From contig JAMDHS010000037.1 of the NCBI GenBank assembly GCA_029717555.1, forward strand, positions 178,400 to 198,399: a DNA stretch of 20,000 nt. Direction: 5' to 3'. This stretch comes from Peribolospora baueri. Taxonomy: Eukaryota. Made by a program: the position numbers and the translations under genes. Shown one piece after another: positions 1 through 8,881 of this stretch (position 1 is its first letter; each line of letters begins with the position of its first letter). The notes under the pieces were generated by a model. That model saw only the letters and a list, made by a program, of their open reading frames with translations. It ran no database searches and was not told the origin of the DNA.

Positions 1-345
1 AAACAGATAGACAGACGACGGATGGTTGGCCGTTCCGCCCGTTTGGGCTGTACCTGTCTTTGTACATGTAGAAAGAGAGGAAGTGGAAGGAAGGGGAAAA
101 GCGAGCGAAGGGAGATTGCGAGGAACGAGCGTGGGAGCGAGGGGAGAACAGGAAAACGATCACAGGGAGTAAAGAGAGGTGGGAAGGACGGGAAGAGGGG
201 GAGACGGAAGAGGGACGACCCGACGCGACGTGAACACGGACACGGACACGAGGGAATCGTAACAAGGAAGAGGCGCGACAAGTGAAGAAAGGAAAGAAAG
301 CGTAGATGGAGCACACACGTACGGGTGAACGAAATGAAATTCATC

Positions 346-2843
346 TCAAATCAACCCCCGCAGATCGGCCTGCCAGATCTCCTCCCAGCTCATGTACTCC
401 TCTCCCTGCCCCACCGTCTCGTCCACCTTCCTTCCCTTCTCCTCACCCGGCTGCAGCAGGACGCTCTTGTGCCACAGCGGCCTGAGCAGCGTGTCCACGA
501 CGTGCACCGCCCCGTTCCTTGCGATCCAGTCGCGCACCAGCGTCCTCACGCCGCGACCGCGACCGTGGTCATGGCTGTGAGAGTGGCCGTGATGAGCGTT
601 CAGCTCGAGCGCGAAGAACCGAAGTCCACGGCCTCTCTTCCACGGGAACTTTGGACGAAGGACGAGCTGGTCGACGAGGATCGTCTGAAACTTCTGCGCC
701 TTTTGGTCGACCGTGTCGAGGGAAGAGCGACCCTCGAGGAGGGTGGAGAGGTTGTGGCTCGTTCGGTTCACAACCTCCAGCAGCGGAGGCCAGTGGTATG
801 AGAGTCGACGCCTTGGGCGGCCGCCGCGGCCGCGGCCGGGGCGGGGTGCTCGTGGCGGGCCGCGGGGAGGACGCGGTGCGGGAGGAAGGCGACGAGGACG
901 CCGTCGGCCGGGGAGGGGGGAGGAAGGGATGTCTTGAAGAATTATGGAGTCGTCCTGGTCGTCTTTACCCTTCGCCGCTACCGCAGCATCAACGTGGTGA
1001 AGGTAATCCGTAAAGACAATGTCAGAGGGCACGACGTGGTACTGAAGGATCTTTTTCAGCAGGCGCTCTCCCTTCGGGCTGAATAGGTAGGCGCGGAAGC
1101 CGGGTGGGAGGCGGGAGAAGGCCCTGTTCGTGGGGGCGAACAGGGTGAGCGCGCCGGACCCCTTGTCCTTGCCCTCCGTCGCGTTAGGATCCCATTTAAC
1201 GGCCTTGTCGAGGCCGGTCTTGTAGAGCGCGGTCGTGAGGACGGAGAAGAAACGGGGGTGGAAGAGGAGCTGTTGGAGGACGGAGGGAGGAGGGATGAGC
1301 GGGTGGGTGATGCCGTGGATGATGCCGTTAGAGCAGTGCACATTCGTGAGGTGGCTGAAGGGGGGCACCGTCTTCGAATGGAAGTTGAGGCGGAGGCCGG
1401 GGAAGGGAAACTGCGGACACAAATGGACGAACATGGGAGAGACGAAGCGACGAGAATCCAAAGTCACCGAGCTGTCCGTGCGTCACAGTAGAGGTAGAAA
1501 GCGCGAGTCATCACTGCGACACTCACCAGACTCTTGCTCACCCTCACCCTGAGTGGCTGGCCATCCCAAACTCCACCAAGCGGCTCCAGGTCGCCGCGGA
1601 GGAGGGTGTCGACGGTGGCGTTGTTCGCGATCTCGCGCGTCGTCAGGGGCTCGGAGAGCAGGTGGTAGGACAGAACGGCGTTGAAGAGGACCGCCTTCCT
1701 CTCGTCACTATCATGGGATTCTGACGTGACCGGGTCAGAGGCGAACAAGTATTCGAGGGACTCCCATCCGTCGTCCTCCTTGACGTGCTCACAGCCGTGG
1801 CTACGAGCAGGAGGATCCTGAGGACCCCTTCCGGGAGGAGAAGGGGAAGACCACCAGCCCAGGGACCCCCTGCCCGGAGGCGGTGGGGGTGGCGGCGCAC
1901 GCGCAAGCTCACGTCCAGGTGGGGCCCTGCGTCCGGGTCCCCGACGGCGACAACGATGGGGGCGGTGGTCGACGGGAGCGAACAAGGTCAAGTTGGCCTT
2001 AGTATCGTTGAGGCTCTTGACGAGGTCGAGGTCAGAAGCGAAGGAGGCGTTGAGGAGGTGGAAGAGGCGAGTAAAGTGGGGTGAGGCAGCGAGGAAGTCT
2101 AGGATGGTTTGGTTGGTCGTCTGTGCGCGGGCGGAAGGAGAGGGCGATCAGCGAGGAGAGCTGAGGAGACGGCTATGAACAGACACACTCACCATCTCTT
2201 CCGGCTTGTGACGATGGTCGGGGAAGCGATCGATTTCGTCCTGATCTTCCTGAACGGTGAAGTCGCCCTCTTGTTCATCAAGCACGTCGTCGTCGACGAC
2301 ATCGAAGCTGGCATTCATGTCTCCTTCGTGCTCGTCCACTTCTTCTTCCTGCTCCCCTTCTGTCTCCACTACATCTCCCATCTCCTCCTCCTCCTCCTTC
2401 ATGTCGACGACATCATCGTCCTCACCGCCGACGAGGTCGTCATAATCGACGTCAAGATGCTCGCCAACTGGGAGAATCCACACATCGTCCGCCTCGCCTT
2501 CTGTCTTGCCCTCCTCTTCCTCCTTCGACGCTGCCACTTGGCTCGACAACTGCGCCCTCTCGCCGTCGTCTCCGGCTTGGCTGTGAGACCATCCAAATAC
2601 GTGCTCCGTCAGCTCCTCCCACACCTCCTCGGCGAGGCTCGCGGCGACCTCGAGCACGGGCTGGCCGGTGAGGTGAAAGGCGTGTTGGCGGTCGTGAGCG
2701 GCGGAGGTAGGATCGTCGCGGGGAGCAGGCTGATGCTGGGGGGAGGAGAAGAGGCGATCGATGGAGAAGGAGGTGGGGGCGGAGACGACGGAAGGGAGGA
2801 GGGGAACGAAGGCGAGGGCGAGGGAGAGGGCGAGGTGGCGCAT
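346..2843 (-). CDS. Secreted fasciclin (FAS1) domain protein with two FAS1 domains, ~769 aa; exons 2843-2193, 2120-1527, 1410-346
   Basis: ATG at 2843 starts a signal-peptide-like sequence (MRHLALSLALAFVPLLPSVVSAP). Two GTGAGT...CAG introns (2192-2121, 1526-1411) join the exons in frame. FAS1 H1/H2-type motifs occur twice: LTLFAPVD ... VLSYHLL ... NGIIHGITHPL and LTLFAPTNRAF ... ILQYHVV ... ARNGAVHVVDTLL. Confidence 0.88.
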
Positions 2844-3016
2844 GGTCGGCTGGCTGGACAGCAGCCTGAAGGGTGAAGAGAGTCGAGATGGGTTGTCTTT
2901 CCTTGTCTTGTCTGTCTCCCTCCCGGTCTTGCTCGGTCGGTCGACCTGCAAAGGGAACCTGGCTGGAGGGAAGAGGGGGTGGAGGGAGGAAAGGGAAGGT
3001 TAGGGGCGAAGGGAGG

Positions 3017-3022
3017 TTTATA
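3017..3022 (-). promoter_or_regulatory. Candidate TATA box (TATAAA) of the fasciclin gene
   Basis: The + strand reads tttata, i.e. TATAAA on the - strand, ~175 nt upstream of the ATG. It lies in otherwise GC-rich DNA and is followed by a CT-rich tract typical of fungal transcription start regions. Confidence 0.5.
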
Positions 3023-3841
3023 TCGTCGTCGATGCTTCGCCTCGCTGCGCGGAAGGAAGAGGCACACAAGGTGAGTCGAGGCCGGAAAGCGCAGTCAGCG
3101 ACGAGCGATGAACGACGCAAATGGAGTTAGTCAGTGGGCAGACCCATCGGTCCCCCTTTGCAGCGTACGCATCGCATCGCATCAAGAACAGTTAGGACCA
3201 TCGACAAAGGAAAAAGAAACCGGGTCCTCGATCGTCCCGCCGCTGTCATCATCCGTCGTCACCCTCGTCTCACCACCGGCCGAGAAGACGGCGGCCACGA
3301 CGACGACGACGACGAAGACGATTCGACGACGAAGACGACACAACACGACGACACCACTTCTTGCTCTTATCGCCCTTTCGCCCCCTCTTCTCCCCGCCGC
3401 TCGTCCCCGTCCCGCCAGCCGCGCCCTCTTGCCACGGCCCCCTCCTCGCCGTCGTCGCTCTGCGCAGTCGTCGTTCCGCGCAGACTGATTAAGCCAACTC
3501 GCGACTGCGCACACGAGCACTGCGGACGTTGCTCACGTAAGCCGTCGCTGCGAGTCACGTGCTGAATGGCGATCGGGGTCCGAGGGCCACCACTACGCTC
3601 GTGTCATGCTCGTGCTCGTGCTTTGAGTCGATATGATATCGTATCGTATCCCCACCGCCGTCGTCCACTCCATCATTCCTCCTGTTCGCTCTCGCACTTC
3701 CTTCTCCTCTTCCCTCTTCAATTCATCTCGATCTTTCTCACTTTCTCTTTCTTCAGCCTCGCGTGCGGTTTTTCGACCCCACCACACCAAACCTCCCCCC
3801 TCCTCGCCCACCGCCTCCCGCACCCTAACCCCTGACCCACC

Positions 3842-6800
3842 ATGTCCGCCTTCTTCCCCCGCTCCTCCGTTTACTCCATCTTCCAGGATGACCATGCCGC
3901 GCTCGCCTCAGCCGCCGCCGCCGATGAGGCTTTAGACCTCGACGCGTCCGACGATCCTCACAGCCCCCGCCGTCCCACCGGCTCTGCGATCGTCGATGAC
4001 GATGATTACGACCTCGAGGTGGGACGAAAAGGAACGGCGACCGCTTCGAGAGACATGAGTAACCGGAGGTGGAGATCTCCGCCGGCCTCCACCTCATCTC
4101 CTTCCTTTCCTTCCTCCTCCACCACCCCCGCCAGGCCTTTACTTGGTCTGCTCAACCCCGCCGGCAGGGCTTTTGCCCAGAGAAGGGCCAACTGGATGGG
4201 CTACGAGAGCTTGGCGGGCGTGGAGGAGGGCAACGCGGAGGGGGCGGAGGAGGAGGGCGAAGAGGAGCGCCGGCGGACAGGCAAGGAGGTGGAGGACGAA
4301 GAGGAGCGCCGGCGGACAGGCAAGGAGGTGGAGGACGACGACGACGACGATGATGACGACGCTTCGCCCCCTGCCAGCATCATGCTCGAGACGGGCGGCG
4401 CTAGCTCCAGCCGTCGTCCACGATGGTTGTCCAAACACGGCCTCAACATCACCACGAGCCCCACTTCTGTCCCTCCAGCCGCTGCTGGTCCAAGTACGGA
4501 TGCCGCCGTGGACGACCCGTTCAACTCCCCCCTCGAAACGGGAGACCAAACGCCTCGCTCTCGGACGCCTTCCTCGTCCGACGGGCGCCGCTCTTCCTTT
4601 GCCCTCAGCACGAACTCGGCGGCGGTAGAGACAGCTGTCAAGGGCACGACCGCCTCAAAATCGCAGAAGCCCTCCTCTCCCGACAAGGCGAGGAGGACGT
4701 CTGAACCAACCTCCGCCGGCTCCAGACCGGTCGAGTCCATTCAGCTCTCTCGCACCGGTGCTGCCCGTTCCCGTTCCTTCTCCTCTTCGGCTCGGCCATC
4801 TCATCATCCGCGGTCTCAGTCCCGCTTCAGCTCGACGTCCGGCGACGGTGATCAAAATGGTGACGCCGATAGCTACGGCTACGGTTATCGGGACGCCGGA
4901 CCTTCGTCCCGGCTTGGAGGCATGTCGGGCTTGGACGAGAGGGAAAAGGCGCTGTGGAAGTGGGTGAACGTGGAAGATCTGGATAGCTTCTTGCAAGAGG
5001 TTCGTCCTCTTCTCTTTCTTTCTTTTCCCGCTCCATACTCGTCACTCGAACGCGCCAAGTTTTATTTTTCTCACCGTCCCCCTCTTTCACACACACAGGC
5101 GTACGCGTACTACGTCGGTAAAGGCCTAGTCTGCATCGTCCTCTCCCGCGTCCTTAACCTCTTCACTGTTGCCTTCGTCATCGGCTTCACCACCTTCCTT
5201 CTCGGCTGCGTCGATTACTCGCGCATCCGACACGACGGAAACTTGCACGAAGTCGTCGTGCCTCACTGCGTTTCGAGGTGGGTCGGGATGAGACGGATCG
5301 TTGCTTCGGTGTTGTGTCGGAAAAGCTCACATCATCCATTCTTCCACCCTCCCATCGTAGGTTCTCCGGCCTCACCCTCTTTCTCCTCTTCCTCTTCTCT
5401 GCCATGTTCGGCTGGCAGGTCGTCCGCTTCGGCTTCGGACTCCGCCGATTAATCGACATGTATCGCTTTTACACTCACCTGTTGAACATTCCTGACGTGA
5501 GCGCGAGCCCCTTTGTTCTTTCGCTCTGTCTCGTGCGGTCGCTGATGGATGCCTCGTCGCTCCTCCTCACCGCACCACAGGCGGACATTCAAACCATCTC
5601 TTGGTCCGACGTTGTGACTCGCATCTCTCTCATCCGCTCCCAGAACCCCTCCACCGCCTTCTCCTCTTCCCGGCCGGGCGGCCACGGGCCCCGGGAGATG
5701 GACGCGCACGACATCGCGAACCGGATCATGAGGCAGGAGAACTACCTGATTGCCCTCTTCAACAAGGACCTCCTCAACCTCACCGTACCCTTTCCCGGCC
5801 TAAGAAATCTCAGCCCCGTCCTGACGCGCACGCTCGAGTGGAACCTGAGTTTTTGCCTCCTTGGCTACCTCTTCGATCGGAGAGGGAGGGTGAGGAGGGC
5901 GTTCGTGAGCTCGAGGCATCGCGCCGACTTGATCGAGGGGTGAGCGGGTCCGCGTCGTGTCCAACGCTCCTTTCATCGTTCCTCGCACGTCCGTCTGATG
6001 GCTCGCTCATTCGCTTTGTCTTCCCTTTCGTCCCTTTTACCGCAACTCGCCGACAGTCTCCGACGAAGATTCATCTTCATGGGCGTCCTCAACGCTATTT
6101 TTGCACCCTTCATCGTCCTCTACCTTCTCATGTATTCCTTCTTCCGCTACTTCGAGGTGCGTCCGCCCTTTTTGCTTTCTCTTCTCGTTCTCGCTCCCCT
6201 GACCTGTACTTGCCCGGCCGCGGCCGCACCAGGAGTACCACAAGAACCCGTCGACGATCGGCTCGCGACAGTACACCCAGTTCGCTCGCTGGAAGTTCCG
6301 CGAGTTTAACGAGCTGCCCCATCTCTTCCAGAAGCGCCTCGCATCGAGCTACCCGCTGGCAAACGCTTATATCAACCAATTTCCCAAGGAAAGGGTCGCG
6401 CTGCTTTCTCGGTGAGTTGGGCGCGAACGGAGTCCATTATTTTCGATTCGGTCCTCATGTCTGTCCCTCTCTCTCTATCCCTCCCGCCAGCTTCGTCGCC
6501 TTCGTCGCCGGCTCTTTCGCCGCCGTCCTCCTCCTCGCCTCCGTCCTCGATCCAGATCTCTTCCTCCACTTTGAGATCACGTCACAACGGACGGTACTCT
6601 TCTACATCGGCCTTTTCGGCACCGTCGTCGCCGTCGCTCGGTCCATGATCCCGGACGAGAATCAGGTGTTCGAGCCAGAGGTGCTTCTCAGGGCCGTCGT
6701 CGAGCACACGCACTACTTGCCGGACTCGTGGAAGGGCAAGATGCATTCCGCCGAGGTGCGTCTCGGCCGTCTGTCCGTCCGTGGGTTCGGCCACTCACTC

Positions 6801-7884
6801 ACCCACCCTACACCCTCTTCGTTCTACAGGTCCACGCAGCCTTCGGCTCCCTCTTCACGCTCAAAGTCCTCATCTTCATCCAAGAACTTCTCTCCGTCCT
6901 CTTCACCCCTTTCGTCCTCTTCTCCAGCCTGCCCAAGTGCGCGCCTGCGTTGATCGACTTTTTCAGAGAGTTTACCGTTCATGTCGAGGGCGTTGGCTAT
7001 GTGTGCAGCTTTGCCGTGTTTGACTTTAAGAGGCATGGTAACGTCCGGGTGAGTGTCGAGTCGAGCGTACGAGCCCAGATGGAGGCCTTTTTGGGCGGAC
7101 GCTGAGCGTGCCGCGTTTACGTCCACGTCCGCGCGTCCCGCAGTTCGGAGCCCCGACAGAAGTGACCGATGCGCGGCTCATGTCGAAGGAAGGAAAGATG
7201 GAAAAGAGCTTCATCGGCTTCAAGGCGAGTACTCGCTTCTCATCCCCGTCTTTCTTCCTTACAAACGAAGCATCGGTCCGGTGTGACTGACTGACCGACT
7301 GACTGATTGACTGGATGGACGGCACACAGGCAAATCACCCTGACTGGGTACCACAAGATCCGTCCAGTTCTCTCTATCTCTCCCGCCTCACCGAGCTCGG
7401 AGTCGCCGATCCGTCCCACCACCTTCGCCCAGCCACCGGCCTCACATCGCCCCTCGCCGGCCGTCTGCACGGCTACCACCCGTCCGCCTTGGCCACCGCC
7501 ACCGCCACCGCGAACCGCTTCCGATCTCCACCTGTCGACACGGGTGCGGGCGCGCCGCCGCCGCCGACGACGACGACGACGACGACGGTGGACGACGCGC
7601 ACACGAGCGGGAGAGGTCGTCATCGTCATCGCGCCGGCGCTGGCACAGGCGCAAGGAAGGACACGACTGGCGAGGGGGAGGATGGACCGGAGGAAGGGCT
7701 GGCAGGTGTATACGACGATATGGGGTTAGAAAGAGACGACGAAAGCCAAGGTGCTGGAAAGCGAAAGGGCGACGACGACGGTGAGGCAGCGGGCGTCCTA
7801 GGACTCTTAGGCCAGATATATCGTGGCGCAAGCGGGCCGGCGGGTGCGGCGGGTGCGGCGGCTGGCACGAGGACGGGGTGGTGA
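3842..7884 (+). CDS. ATG9: Autophagy-related protein 9 (lipid scramblase), ~1076 aa; exons 3842-4999, 5099-5277, 5361-5496, 5581-5939, 6057-6156, 6233-6411, 6491-6755, 6830-7048, 7144-7224, 7330-7884
   Basis: The spliced translation contains Atg9 hallmarks: [123 protein letters not shown] and C-terminal [10 protein letters not shown]. Exon lengths sum to 3231 nt, a multiple of 3. Confidence 0.96.
4259..4336 (+). repeat. Exact 39-bp tandem duplication within ATG9 exon 1 ([13 protein letters not shown] x2)
   Basis: gaagaggagcgccggcggacaggcaaggaggtggaggac occurs at 4259-4297 and 4298-4336. Confidence 0.95.
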
Positions 7885-7936
7885 AGGGGCCGGGCTTTAC
7901 CGGACTTGAACCTAACCTGGCTTTGTCTAGCTTTGT

Positions 7937-8014
7937 TGTATGTATGTATGTATGTATGTAGGACGGACGGACGGACGTGAGCGAACGAGCGAGCGAGCGA
8001 ACGAGCGAACGAGC
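7937..8014 (+). repeat. Compound microsatellite (TGTA)6-(GGAC)4-(GAGC/GAAC)n just 3' of the ATG9 stop
   Basis: Read directly from the sequence. Confidence 0.9.
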
Positions 8015-8881
8015 GTACTATTGCATGCACGCGTGCATGCGATCGACGTACTATGCCAGCCAGCCGTCCTTATCTGCCCTCCGCCAAGACAGACGAGATG
8101 GTCACGTTAAGACGACGGGACGGGAAGTGGGACAAACACAATCGATCGCATTTCCATGAAACACCGAAAAAAGCTAAGGAACGGGAGGGCGGGCGGGACG
8201 AGAGGAAGGACGGACGGATGGAAGAGAGTGAAAAAAAAGGGAAAGGGAGGGATAAGGAAGGCGGGTGAGTAGACGGAGATGGGTAGAGAGTAGGTGGGGT
8301 GGGTGGGTGGGGTAGGCGAATGACCGAACCGACGTGTGAGAGGGGGAGGGATAAAATACAGCGGCACGAATTGTGGCAATAGAGGTTGGAACGAATGAAC
8401 GAATGAATCGAGGTAGGGAACGAACGACAAAACGGACGGGCGAGCGAGGATGGGTGGTGGGGGTTGGTGGCGTAGTAGGTGTTGGTCGGGAATATATGCG
8501 GCTCATGCGAGGGGAGCTGCGCTCGGAGTAAGATAGGATCGCGCTGGGGCGACGGTGAGGTGGTGGGATACATCGGGCGGAGCGGAGCGGACGGAGCGCT
8601 GAAGACGGCGGCGACGAGAGGAGGCGCGACGGACGAGACGAGACGAGAAGGAACGAGACGGCAAGCAAGCGCTAGCGCGACGACGACGACGATATGAACA
8701 AGAGATAGACAAGAGGTAAGGTAAGAGTGGGTAAGAGGTAGCAAGAAGGAGCACGACGGCGGGTGCGGCACAAACTGGGTCCGTACGAGGAAGCGTCCTA
8801 GGTCCACTGTGGGCGTGGAGAGGAGAGGAGGAGGAGGAGAGGAAGCGGATCGAGCCGGCCTAGCAAATGGGGGCGACGTGG

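Noticed and set aside
1801..1912. Possible extra intron (GTGAGC at 1912) removing the Arg/Pro insert of the fasciclin
   Set aside because: The nearby CAG (1818) and TAG (1801) acceptors both shift the frame, while the unspliced frame is open.
325..2876. + strand ORFs opposite the fasciclin gene (e.g. 2109-2876, 325-801)
   Set aside because: Antisense mirrors of the real codons; the apparent hydrophobicity comes from the reverse complement of D/E codons.
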